Positions 18,179 to 27,742 of a stretch of DNA of 64,000 nucleotides are shown in pieces. Source of the stretch: Candidatus Roizmanbacteria bacterium UBA1450 (GTDB taxonomy: Bacteria > Patescibacteriota > Microgenomatia > UBA1406 > GWC2-37-13). The translations under genes were made by a program, and so were the position numbers. The DNA is taken from positions 18,530 to 82,529 of the forward strand of contig DCTC01000001.1 in the NCBI GenBank assembly GCA_002329205.1, written 5' to 3'. The notes under the pieces were generated by a model. It ran no database searches and was not told the origin of the DNA. It was given only the letters and a program-made list of their open reading frames with translations. Within the stretch, counting starts at the first letter, position 1. The number at the start of each line of letters is the position of its first letter.

Positions 18179-20293
18179 ATGAAAAAAATTAAAAACCATA
18201 AGTTTATGAAAATTTCACGTTGCATAACCCTTTCAGGAAAAGCTTTGATTTTTGGCTATCTTTTTATCAGCATCACTGCTTTCCCATTATCTTTCGCACT
18301 CGCACAAGATGCAGAAGTTCCTAATAAACAAGAACTCACCAATCAAATTACACAGGAAGCTTCACAGAATTTTCAACAATCAACACAAGAAACACAGTCT
18401 CCGCCTTCTCAAGAACAAACATCAAATTCCCAGTCTCAACCATCTCCTTCGGATACACAAGCCACAACAGATATAACTAACACCGGGGACAATGCAACAG
18501 TTGATAATTCTTCAACGTCGCAGGAAAACACTTCGGTACAAAATAACAATACTGCCGAAATCAATCAAGAAATCAACGCAACAGCAAATACCGGGAACAA
18601 CGAAGCAAGCCGTAATATCAGCTTCGGGGGAAATGCAGGCGTAATTGCAACAGGTAATGCAGGTGTGAGTACCAATCAAAAAGCTGCCGCAAACAGCAAT
18701 ACAACCGGAATCGGTACATCTTCAGGAGCATCTTCTACATCCAATACTACCAATACAGGCAACGGTTTAACAACAACAACATCTTCACAAAGTACAAAAC
18801 TTACTATGGTCAGCAATGACAACACAGCAATAATCAATCAAGCAGTGAATGCAGAAGCGAATACCGGTGGCAATAAAGCTGATCGCAATATCAGTTTTGG
18901 AGGAAGTGCCGGGGTCATACTGACCGGAACAGCATATACATCCACAAATTTTCTGGCCACAGCCAACGGCAATGTGGTAATCGTGGGAGGAGAAGACAAC
19001 GGCAACGGCCCGGGAAGTGGCGCATCAATTTATATTTTGAATACAGGAAATAACGGTTTTTTCCGGTCCAGCTCTCTTCTGAATCACTCGACAGCTGTAC
19101 AGAATACAAATTATGCAACCGTCAATCAAAGTTGCGGATCTCCGCAAGGACCAGCTCTTTGTATGGCAAATACCGGTTACAATCACGCTGATAGAAATAT
19201 CGGCCTCAATGGAAGTGCAGGAGTCATACAGACAGGAAATGCGGTAGTTTATGTTGATCTCAATGCGGATGTCAATACAAATGAGACTGAGATTTCAGGG
19301 GGTGCCCAGACATCCAGTGCAACAAATACTGAAATTCTGAATACAGGGAATGACTCAAAAGTGGAGACCTCATCAGAAACAAATTCAAATAATGATATTT
19401 CCAATACAAACAGAGCGGACATTAACCAGCAGGTATACGCTACTGCCAATACTGGCTACAATACGGCAAACAGAAATATAAGTTTCGGCGGTGACGCAGG
19501 AGTAATTCTGACAGGCGATGCTGCGGTGCTTGTCGATATGGAAGCAAAAGCAAATGCGAATTCAGCAGAATTAACAACATCGACATCAACAGATCCGGAG
19601 GACACAGCAAGCTTGAATGATCCTCACTATTCCGCCTGCAGTCCAGCCCAACAACAATCGGATATAATGAATACGGGAAATGATGTCCAAATAGATTCAT
19701 CAGCATCTGAGAATTCAAACACAACCGTACAGAACAATAACATTGCCTATCTCACTCAGCAGATACTCGGTTCTGCCAATACCGGTGAAAATACAACAAA
19801 TAGAAATATTGGTCAGGAGACCGGTATTATTTATACCGGTGATGCCGCTTTTCTTACACAAGCCTCTGCTGCAGTAAATAAGAATACAACCAAAATCGGA
19901 TGTGCAATTGCGGCAGTTGTTGATCCCACTCCCACGCCCCCACAGAATCCGTCACCGACTCCAACATCAGCTCCACATCCGACCAGTACACCATCCCCAA
20001 CACCTTCCGTGAACGGGAATGGCAACAATGGAGGAGGCGGAAACAACGGAGGAGGAACCTCAAACGGAACAACAAAAACAACTACAACTGTATTCAAAGG
20101 AGGAATCCCTCTGGCATCGTTAGGAGATGTACTTGGCGCTTCTATATCAGTAAGCAGGCTTCCGACCACAGGTCCAGAAGATACAATTACCTTTCTACTT
20201 GCTGCAATGGCAGTGCTCATCTCCGGTGACTTTCTTCGACGGACTGATTTTGCTTCCAGCAATTACAAGTTCAAAAATAATGAAAGGGGGTGA
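18179..20293 (+). CDS. Secreted surface protein with five ~90-aa NTG repeats, P/T and G/N linkers and an LPTTG anchor
   Basis: Signal peptide; 5x (I.NTG...N.A..NQ...ANTG.N.A.RNI...G.I.TG.A...N.N); LPTTG at 20159-20173 followed by a hydrophobic helix and RR. Confidence 0.85.
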   Translation: MKKIKNHKFMKISRCITLSGKALIFGYLFISITAFPLSFALAQDAEVPNKQELTNQITQEASQNFQQSTQETQSPPSQEQTSNSQSQPSPSDTQATTDITNTGDNATVDNSSTSQENTSVQNNNTAEINQEINATANTGNNEASRNISFGGNAGVIATGNAGVSTNQKAAANSNTTGIGTSSGASSTSNTTNTGNGLTTTTSSQSTKLTMVSNDNTAIINQAVNAEANTGGNKADRNISFGGSAGVILTGTAYTSTNFLATANGNVVIVGGEDNGNGPGSGASIYILNTGNNGFFRSSSLLNHSTAVQNTNYATVNQSCGSPQGPALCMANTGYNHADRNIGLNGSAGVIQTGNAVVYVDLNADVNTNETEISGGAQTSSATNTEILNTGNDSKVETSSETNSNNDISNTNRADINQQVYATANTGYNTANRNISFGGDAGVILTGDAAVLVDMEAKANANSAELTTSTSTDPEDTASLNDPHYSACSPAQQQSDIMNTGNDVQIDSSASENSNTTVQNNNIAYLTQQILGSANTGENTTNRNIGQETGIIYTGDAAFLTQASAAVNKNTTKIGCAIAAVVDPTPTPPQNPSPTPTSAPHPTSTPSPTPSVNGNGNNGGGGNNGGGTSNGTTKTTTTVFKGGIPLASLGDVLGASISVSRLPTTGPEDTITFLLAAMAVLISGDFLRRTDFASSNYKFKNNERG

Positions 20294-20304
20294 AACAAAG
20301 AAAC

Positions 20305-21234
20305 ATGTTAAACAAAAAAGCATTACTAACTGGATTTTCATTGCTCGCAGTAATGGGATTGATCGGCACACCCGTAGCACTCGCCGCCACTGATGCAACA
20401 AGCATCGTGAATAGCGGTGATGATGTTGACATAGATACAACATCCAGCTCTTCAACTAATGTCAATGTTAACAACACAAATATTGCAAATGTAACACAGC
20501 AGGTTACTTCACAGGTAAACACCGGAAATAACTCAGCTGACCAGAACATTAGTCTGGACGGACAAGGTACCGGAATTATGACCGGAAACGCCATGTCACA
20601 AGTTGGATTAAATGTAGATGCCAATCACAACATGACTGCAGTCGCAGTAGGCGGCAGCAGTGGTGATACCAATATGACTGATATCGTCAATACAGGTGAT
20701 GATGCAGATATTGACACCACAGCCCGTTCTCGTACAAGAGTGAACGTTAATAACTTTAACCAAGCTTTTGTTCAACAAGCCGCGACAGTCCAAGCCAACT
20801 CCGGTAACAATGATGCAGATCAAAATATCGGTGATGGCCCCTCCATTATGACCGGCAATGCTGGTGCAGCTGTTGGTTTCAACGCAGATGTCAATCACAA
20901 TGACACTGCAATTGCTCTCGGCAGCGGGCTCAGTGCCACCCAGAATGGAGATGGAAATTTCACGAGCATTGTCAACACCGGCGATGACCTGGATGCTGAT
21001 ACTCGTGTCAGAACTCGTACACGAATAACCAGCAATAGCACAAATATTATGTCTGTTCTTCAAAGTACCTTGAGTCAAAGCAACACAGGGGACAATGATG
21101 CAGATCAGAATATCGGTGGTACAGGTCTTATGACTGGTGCTGCAGGTACACAAGTCGGTTCTACAGCTGGCGGCAATCATAATGCGACCTTCTTCGGTGA
21201 CATTATGGATATGCTGTTCTTCTGGATGAGCTAA
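20305..21234 (+). CDS. Secreted protein made of three NTG repeats (paralogue of the upstream gene)
   Basis: SD AAAGGGGGTGA, signal peptide ending ALA, 3x IVN[ST]GDD...N[ST]G.N.ADQNI...MTG.A...NHN. Confidence 0.85.
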   Translation: MLNKKALLTGFSLLAVMGLIGTPVALAATDATSIVNSGDDVDIDTTSSSSTNVNVNNTNIANVTQQVTSQVNTGNNSADQNISLDGQGTGIMTGNAMSQVGLNVDANHNMTAVAVGGSSGDTNMTDIVNTGDDADIDTTARSRTRVNVNNFNQAFVQQAATVQANSGNNDADQNIGDGPSIMTGNAGAAVGFNADVNHNDTAIALGSGLSATQNGDGNFTSIVNTGDDLDADTRVRTRTRITSNSTNIMSVLQSTLSQSNTGDNDADQNIGGTGLMTGAAGTQVGSTAGGNHNATFFGDIMDMLFFWMS

Positions 21235-21251
21235 TCTTGTAGGGTTTTCCA

Positions 21252-21279
21252 GTGCTCCGGGGTGTATACCCCGGAGCAC
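21252..21279 (+). terminator. Strong hairpin (terminator or mRNA stabiliser) after the short NTG-repeat gene
   Basis: GTGCTCCGGGGT-GTAT-ACCCCGGAGCAC, a perfect 12-bp stem; no immediate U tract. Confidence 0.7.
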
Positions 21280-21386
21280 GGAAAGGATTATTTATTTTAT
21301 AAAATCTTTTCCTGATAGTCTGTAAGAAAACGCAGTTTGTTTTTGGTTCTTTATAAAAGGATTTGAAACAAATTACGTAGGATATT

Positions 21387-23423
21387 ATGAAAATCATACA
21401 GCTAATTGTTTTGGGAATATATATCCTGATTCAGCCTATGGCAGTATTTGGCTCTCCATCCCTTCCTGAGCCTACTCCCGTTATTACAGATACACCAACT
21501 CCCACGGCGATACCGACAGAACAGTCACCCCCAGAAGAAACTGCGCCAACAACTACTTCGTCACCTTCAACTGATTCGGATACAGGCACGCCACTTGACA
21601 TCGGAGAACAAGTCTTCCCAACTATTGCTGAAAAGCCGAAGCCGGAAGAACTATCTATCACACCTTATCCAGACACCGTCACTACTTTACCAGTTTCTGA
21701 AAGTACTGAAAGCGCAACTGTTGATGATGAGTTTTCCGAGCACATTGAGTCAACACCTATACCTCCAACTATTGAAACGGGTGATGCGGAAAACAAAGTA
21801 ACTGTTGAAAATGTCATCAATACCAATATTACAGGACTAAATAACTGTTTTATCGTAATAACTCATAACATTGATCCCCATGAAGCTATTGATTTAACTG
21901 ATAATTGCGAAGACGTTATTATTTCCGTAGAACCAACTGATGAAACAGTAAATCAGGTAAATGATGCACATATACAAACAACAATCATGGCGATTGCAGA
22001 AACAGGGAAAAATGTAGTATTGCTTCCGGACGGAACGATCAAAACTGGCAATGCCTCGGCAAGTGCAAATCTATTTAACCTGGTGAATACGAACATTGCT
22101 GGAGATAACACCTTATTCGGTGTCATCAATCTGTTTGATGACCAACAGGGAGATATCATTCTGCCTTATGAGTTGGAGTATGTATCAATGTCAGTTCCGA
22201 CAGCAAACGAAATAAAAAAATTTGTTGAACAATTGAATGAAGCAACGGTAATCAACAACGTAACAACACTGACAAATACGGGTTTGAACAGTACCGAAAG
22301 AGGAACAATTGAAACTGGAGAAGCACAATCCATCATACAGATATATGACAAACTCAATACGAATTTGTTCCAATCCGGTTTTTTAATTCTGGAGATCAAT
22401 ACCTACGGTGTCTGGGAAGGGGAATTGATAGGTTGGTGGGGAGAGATCATGAAGTCAGAAAGCCAACTCACTGCCTTTTACAATAATCCATTCAGTCAGA
22501 ACTTCCAGAATAATGAACAAAAGAATATTCTTCAACATAATAAGGCAGAAATTACCAATACGATCGCTCTGATTGCTGATACCGGAAACAATTCCGCATC
22601 AGGAGCAGCAGCCATACAAACCGGTCATGCTGAAACCAAGGCGAATATCGTTACTATTGCCAATACCAATATCACAGGAGACAACTGGTATCATATCGTG
22701 ATCAATATTTTTGATACTTTCAAGGGAAATATTATTTTCCCTAGGCCTGATATCGGAATTACAACTACCGCCGACAAAACAACAGCACAACAAGATGATG
22801 AAATTATGATCACAACGCAGTTTTATAATAAAGGAATTCTGTGGGCAAGAGATACATTGCTCACGACCGAAATTCCCGATGGCTTAGAATTCATCGAGTC
22901 ATCATTTGGAGGAATATTTGAACAAGGAAAAGTGAGTTGGGATTTGGGAAAACTGGCTGCTGAGAATTTTGGGAGTGTGTGGGTAAAAACTCGCGCGAAA
23001 GAAGCGTCTGAAAAGCCGATTTATACAAAGTCATACATAACAACCTCGACTGATGAACCCAATCAGGCTGATAACATGCACATTATCCAATTATTTATCC
23101 GCTTGATACAGAGTGCCAAAAACTCAGATACAACTACAAGTACTTCATCTGAAGTAACAGTTGTCAAGGAATATATCGAGCAAACAGATACAGCTCAACA
23201 GTTGGATTTACAGTCTTTTCTGGCAAAGAACAGTCAGAATTCAGATCTAAAAATATATAAGGATCGTACATCTCATACCATGTATACACCCGAAAGATCA
23301 ATATGGGGAGAGCAGTCTCATCAACCTATTAAACATGCTCAAACAGCTTCTCCATCGTTGCTTCTTCTTTTTTATCTATTCAGTACAATCGGGATGGTCG
23401 TAAAATCATGGATTGAAGATTGA
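21387..23423 (+). CDS. Secreted protein: P/T-rich stalk, degenerate NTG repeats, DUF11-like Ig domain, C-terminal TM helix
   Basis: I.TG.A...NTNI repeats x4; PDIGITTTADKTTA...ITTQFYNKG...IPDGLEF...WDLG DUF11-like pattern. Confidence 0.8.
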   Translation: MKIIQLIVLGIYILIQPMAVFGSPSLPEPTPVITDTPTPTAIPTEQSPPEETAPTTTSSPSTDSDTGTPLDIGEQVFPTIAEKPKPEELSITPYPDTVTTLPVSESTESATVDDEFSEHIESTPIPPTIETGDAENKVTVENVINTNITGLNNCFIVITHNIDPHEAIDLTDNCEDVIISVEPTDETVNQVNDAHIQTTIMAIAETGKNVVLLPDGTIKTGNASASANLFNLVNTNIAGDNTLFGVINLFDDQQGDIILPYELEYVSMSVPTANEIKKFVEQLNEATVINNVTTLTNTGLNSTERGTIETGEAQSIIQIYDKLNTNLFQSGFLILEINTYGVWEGELIGWWGEIMKSESQLTAFYNNPFSQNFQNNEQKNILQHNKAEITNTIALIADTGNNSASGAAAIQTGHAETKANIVTIANTNITGDNWYHIVINIFDTFKGNIIFPRPDIGITTTADKTTAQQDDEIMITTQFYNKGILWARDTLLTTEIPDGLEFIESSFGGIFEQGKVSWDLGKLAAENFGSVWVKTRAKEASEKPIYTKSYITTSTDEPNQADNMHIIQLFIRLIQSAKNSDTTTSTSSEVTVVKEYIEQTDTAQQLDLQSFLAKNSQNSDLKIYKDRTSHTMYTPERSIWGEQSHQPIKHAQTASPSLLLLFYLFSTIGMVVKSWIED

Positions 23424-23909
23424 TTATTTTTTCTTTATTTCTTCGGGACGGATAAACTTGATATATCCAAGCGCCAGAGAAACAGCAAATCCAATAGTTA
23501 CCACAATAAAACGGAACATATTGTCATCGGAAGAAAATCCGCGTATGATACTGTAAATCAATAAGAGCAAGCCTCCCAGCAGTAACCCGTCTGCAATGAG
23601 ATTTATCTTTTTCAGAAAAGTAAGACTGATTACCAAAGCAATGACAGCAATAGCAATCGAGATACTGGAAACATTTCGGTTATATCTATTGTGTTTTTCC
23701 TGATATTGCTTCAACTCCTCCTGGAAAGCTTCTTCTTTTTCGAGATATTCCTGATATTTCGGATCGTCTGATTCAAGCGGAGCAGAAAATCGCATGCCGA
23801 CATCATTCTCTGGATAAGCGGGTTCCGGATAAAAAGCTGCGATCCCGACACCGACAAACGTTGCAAAGAGAATTCCAATAAAAATGGTGTAGATGAATTT
23901 GATACTCAT
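23424..23909 (-). CDS. Hypothetical 4-TM membrane protein
   Basis: Hydrophobic helices flanking a charged loop; GLLLGG motif. Confidence 0.75.
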   Translation of the reverse strand: MSIKFIYTIFIGILFATFVGVGIAAFYPEPAYPENDVGMRFSAPLESDDPKYQEYLEKEEAFQEELKQYQEKHNRYNRNVSSISIAIAVIALVISLTFLKKINLIADGLLLGGLLLLIYSIIRGFSSDDNMFRFIVVTIGFAVSLALGYIKFIRPEEIKKK

Positions 23910-23911
23910 AT

Positions 23912-24541
23912 TTATTTATCTGATTTTGCACCCGGCAGAATTTTGTATACCATACCGGCTAGAATGCCTCCGACAATCGGACCGATAAGATAGAGAGTCA
24001 CAGTATCCATGCTACGGCCGATGGCCTGAAAATTATAAAGATACGGACTGACTCCTACAGCAGGATTGAAGACACCTCCAGAAGTTGGGCCTCCGACAAA
24101 AGCGGCAGTCATAAGCGTCAAACCGATAGCCGCTCCATAATAATGATTATTTTTAACCTTATCTGTTACCGCAACATGAAGGACGACACTGGCGAGCAAA
24201 AAGGTATACAGAACCTCTACGACCAGTGCATTACTTATTTTTACCGTTTCGACTATCGATGGCGTAAATGAACTGCCATTGATCAAAGCGATAGCTGCCG
24301 CCGCAGCAATACCTCCGAGCATTTGTACGACCATATATTGTATTGCAGCGGGAAACTTTATTTTCCCGTTCAGAAGCACGGCGATTGTAACCGCAGGATT
24401 GTAATGTGCACCGGAAATATAACCGCCCATATATACGAGTGCAGCAAGAACACCACCTATTGCAAAAGGATTTAAGGTTAAACCAACAGTCAAAACCAGA
24501 AAGAATGTGCCGATAAACTCGATGACATTTCGTCGAAGCAT
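23912..24541 (-). CDS. Aquaporin (MIP family)
   Basis: EFIGTF, ISGAHYNPAVT and SGGVFNPA: two NPA motifs. Confidence 0.95.
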   Translation of the reverse strand: MLRRNVIEFIGTFFLVLTVGLTLNPFAIGGVLAALVYMGGYISGAHYNPAVTIAVLLNGKIKFPAAIQYMVVQMLGGIAAAAAIALINGSSFTPSIVETVKISNALVVEVLYTFLLASVVLHVAVTDKVKNNHYYGAAIGLTLMTAAFVGGPTSGGVFNPAVGVSPYLYNFQAIGRSMDTVTLYLIGPIVGGILAGMVYKILPGAKSDK

Positions 24542-24580
24542 AAGTGAGTTATCAATTGGTAATAAGAAGAGTATATCAAA

Positions 24581-26383
24581 TTACATATAACCTTTTCTCT
24601 GCAGATTGAAATAAGAAGCATAAGTGCCATTTGGTATTGCAATAAGCTGTTCGTGTGTACCGCGCTCTACCAGTTCTCCGCGCTTCATGACAAAAATATC
24701 ATTGGCGGTACGTACTGTCGAAAAACGATGTGAAATAAAAATAAGACTTTTTCTTCTGTACAGCTCGTTTAGGTTTTTAAATATCTCAGCCTCTGCATCT
24801 GCATCAATGTTGGCTGTAGGTTCGTCCATTATAAGCAGCGGAGCATTGCGATAAATAGCTCGTGCTATAGCTACCTTCTGCCATTGTCCACCTGACATAT
24901 CGACCCCGCCTTCAAACCACCTTCCCAGGTACTGATCGTATCCTTTTGGCAGATCTTCCAAAATACCTAAAGCCTGGGCTTTTTCGAGAGCTTCTTCAGC
25001 TCGTTTTTCAGAAGAGACTGTATGCTTGCCGAACATGATATTTTCACGCAGCGTGAGGAAATATCGTGCATAGTCCTGAAAAAGTACCCCGAGGTGTCGG
25101 TACCAACTTTCCAGCTCAATTGATCTCAGATCCTTTCCGTCAATAAGAATAGCTCCTTCTGTCGGATCATAAAACCGGAAAAGCAATTTGATAATAGTAC
25201 TTTTGCCTGCACCGTTATGTCCTACAATCGCAACATTCTGACCCTTTTCTATCGTAAATGAAATATTTTTCAAAGAATAATGATTGGAACCGGGATACTG
25301 AAAACTTACCTCGGTAAATTCAATCCTGCGCGGCTCTTCTGATTCGAATATGAATGCATTATCATCTATTTCAATTTTATTTCTTATGGACATAAGTTTA
25401 AAAAAATCATTTAAATAAAACCCGTTTTCATATACTGATCCGAAGTTGATAAGTAAGCTGGATATCTGTCCGGAAAATGCAAATAGAATATTGAGAAAGA
25501 ACGTAAAGTCTCCAATTGAGTAGGTATTTCCGATCCCCTGTAAAAAATGCGTGAGTGAGAAATAAATCGCGACAGGAATAAGGACAAAACTAGCAGTCGA
25601 CAGGATACTGTATGTAAGCATCGGACGCTGATAGTCTTTTATTATCTGATCCTGGAGCTCTTTTGCTTTGTGCACAAAATATCCGCGCAGTTCATATATC
25701 TTCATTTCGGAAAGGGTATTGAAGTTTGTAAAAATTGACTTTAAATACCATAAATAGTTGGAATCGTGCGCATGCTCCGAAGCACTGGAGAATGAGATAT
25801 TTGCATATTTTGCCCGCAGATAATACACCGGAGCAGATATCAGTGCAAGCAAAATAAAATAATATGGACTGAACTGGAGTGCAATAATTAATGAAAAAAA
25901 GATTGATGCTACATTGCTGATCATGGCATTCAATCTGTTGAGTATTTCGGGAAGCCGGAAAGCATAGGTGTTTTCAATTTTTGCAATCAGATTCCGGACT
26001 TCACCGTTTTCGAGGTTTGCAAAATCCAACCGTCCGATTTTCTCCATAAAACGCCTGGTCAGGATGTTTTGCAATTTCGTTCGCATGAAGTAATCAAGAA
26101 AATACTGATTGAAAGTAAAATTCACAAAACGGGATAAATATTCAAAAAAAAGATAGGTGACAATAATGGTGAATAAAATATCTACTGGATCTGAAAGATT
26201 GAGGCCGATAGATTCTGCGACTGCATCAATCATCAGCTTATAGAAGTAGTAAACAACAAAAAGCAGTATGGCGCCCAGAGCAGATGTTGTGAAATACGCG
26301 ACAAGCAGTTTTCTATCTTCACGCCACGCAAGCTGAAGCAGCTTCCAGATATTGGTCACAAGTTGTTCTGTCTTTTTGATCAT
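24581..26383 (-). CDS. ABC exporter, fused permease/ATPase
   Basis: N-terminal TM domain; GHNGAGKST, MSGGQWQK, LIMDEPT, ISHRFST. Confidence 0.93.
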   Translation of the reverse strand: MIKKTEQLVTNIWKLLQLAWREDRKLLVAYFTTSALGAILLFVVYYFYKLMIDAVAESIGLNLSDPVDILFTIIVTYLFFEYLSRFVNFTFNQYFLDYFMRTKLQNILTRRFMEKIGRLDFANLENGEVRNLIAKIENTYAFRLPEILNRLNAMISNVASIFFSLIIALQFSPYYFILLALISAPVYYLRAKYANISFSSASEHAHDSNYLWYLKSIFTNFNTLSEMKIYELRGYFVHKAKELQDQIIKDYQRPMLTYSILSTASFVLIPVAIYFSLTHFLQGIGNTYSIGDFTFFLNILFAFSGQISSLLINFGSVYENGFYLNDFFKLMSIRNKIEIDDNAFIFESEEPRRIEFTEVSFQYPGSNHYSLKNISFTIEKGQNVAIVGHNGAGKSTIIKLLFRFYDPTEGAILIDGKDLRSIELESWYRHLGVLFQDYARYFLTLRENIMFGKHTVSSEKRAEEALEKAQALGILEDLPKGYDQYLGRWFEGGVDMSGGQWQKVAIARAIYRNAPLLIMDEPTANIDADAEAEIFKNLNELYRRKSLIFISHRFSTVRTANDIFVMKRGELVERGTHEQLIAIPNGTYASYFNLQRKGYM

Positions 26384-26417
26384 ACTGCTTTTTAGTCATA
26401 TGATTGGTTATGGGATA

Positions 26418-26600
26418 TTATCGCGAACTTCTCTTCGGTTCACGGGATCCCATATAGTCGAGTCCTCCAAGGATAGCAAAGACTGCAAAAATCACGGTAG
26501 CTGCAATGATTCCGCTTTGAGTTGAGGAAAATAGACCGAGAAATGTCAATGCGGTGAGAACTCCCATTCCAAACCACATTATCCAGTTTAAGAGTGTCAT
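26418..26600 (-). CDS. Small 2-TM membrane protein
   Basis: 60 aa, two hydrophobic helices, co-oriented with the ABC gene. Confidence 0.55.
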   Translation of the reverse strand: MTLLNWIMWFGMGVLTALTFLGLFSSTQSGIIAATVIFAVFAILGGLDYMGSREPKRSSR

Positions 26601-26654
26601 ATGAGAATTCAATTTCTAATTGAGATAACTATAAGTGGTAAATACGAGGTAGTC

Positions 26655-26740
26655 GTAAGATACAAGTAAAATGTTTGTAAAGAATAAAAGATTGATATGA
26701 CAATCTATCTTCTCTTACATCCCTCATACTCCACATTTAC
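26655..26740. promoter_or_regulatory. Two divergent arrays of 11-bp-spaced YTTAC-like boxes
   Basis: Minus-strand boxes (GTAAG/GTAAA on plus) at 26655, 26666, 26677; plus-strand CTTAC/CATAC/TTTAC at 26714, 26725, 26736. Confidence 0.5.
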
Positions 26741-26773
26741 CTCTTCTTCAATCCGTTCACTTATTCTTCAACC

Positions 26774-27733
26774 ATGCACACGAACAAACCGATGAAAGTC
26801 TTTACCTGGCACATACACGGTACGTATCTGTATTACCTCACACAGACCCCGGTTGAATTTTATCTACCAGTCACGGGTGATAACAGTCCGGGATATGGAG
26901 GTCGGGCCGGAACATTTCCGTGGGGGAGACATGTGCATGAAATCCATGTGGATGATGTGAAGAGGCAGGATTTTGATGTTATTTTATTTCAATCTGATGA
27001 GAATTACACAAGGGATCAATTTGAGCTATTTACGGAATCTCAACGCAACAACTCAGCATTGATTTATCTGGAGCATGATCCTCCTCAAAAACATCCGACT
27101 AATACCAAGCATATCGTCGCGGACAAAAGAGTTCTTATTGTTCATGTCACGCATTTCAACAATCTGATGTGGGACAACAACGGCTGCCGCACGAAGGTGA
27201 TTGAACACGGCGTGAAGATCGATCCGGAGGCCATATATACAGGGGAAAAAGAAAAAGGGATTGTAGTGATAAACAATATTTCAAAACGTGGCAGAAGACT
27301 GGGGTTTGATATCTACCAAAAGATACAGCAAGAGATACCTCTTGAATTGGTAGGTTTGAACTCACAAGATGTCGACGGAGGATTGGGTGAAATTCCACCG
27401 CATAAGATATCAACGTTTATCGGACAATACCGTTTTTTCTTTAACCCGATCCGATACACAAGCCTGGGTCTGGCCTTATGCGAAGCTATGACAGTCGGAA
27501 TGCCAATCATTGGCTTGGCTACGACTGAAATGGTAACGGCAGTTCAAAATAACTATAACGGTTATGTTGATACTGATGTAAACCGGATTATCCTTCAGAT
27601 GCATAAATTGTTGGAGGATCACAAACTGGCCAAAGAATGGGGGCGAAACGCCGCGATACAGGCGCACACAAAATGGAACATAACCCGTTTTACCAATGAG
27701 TGGCTTGAGACTTTCAAAGAAGTTACCAATTAA
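26774..27733 (+). CDS. Glycosyltransferase family 4-like
   Basis: FTWHIHG N-terminus; FFNPIRYTSLGLALCEAMTVGMPI GT-B motif. Confidence 0.85.
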   Translation: MHTNKPMKVFTWHIHGTYLYYLTQTPVEFYLPVTGDNSPGYGGRAGTFPWGRHVHEIHVDDVKRQDFDVILFQSDENYTRDQFELFTESQRNNSALIYLEHDPPQKHPTNTKHIVADKRVLIVHVTHFNNLMWDNNGCRTKVIEHGVKIDPEAIYTGEKEKGIVVINNISKRGRRLGFDIYQKIQQEIPLELVGLNSQDVDGGLGEIPPHKISTFIGQYRFFFNPIRYTSLGLALCEAMTVGMPIIGLATTEMVTAVQNNYNGYVDTDVNRIILQMHKLLEDHKLAKEWGRNAAIQAHTKWNITRFTNEWLETFKEVTN

Positions 27734-27742
27734 CAACAACTT

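Noticed and set aside
20608..21279. 223-aa antisense ORF and other shadows across 18179-23423
   Set aside because: Explained by biased codon usage of the Asn/Thr/Gly-rich sense genes
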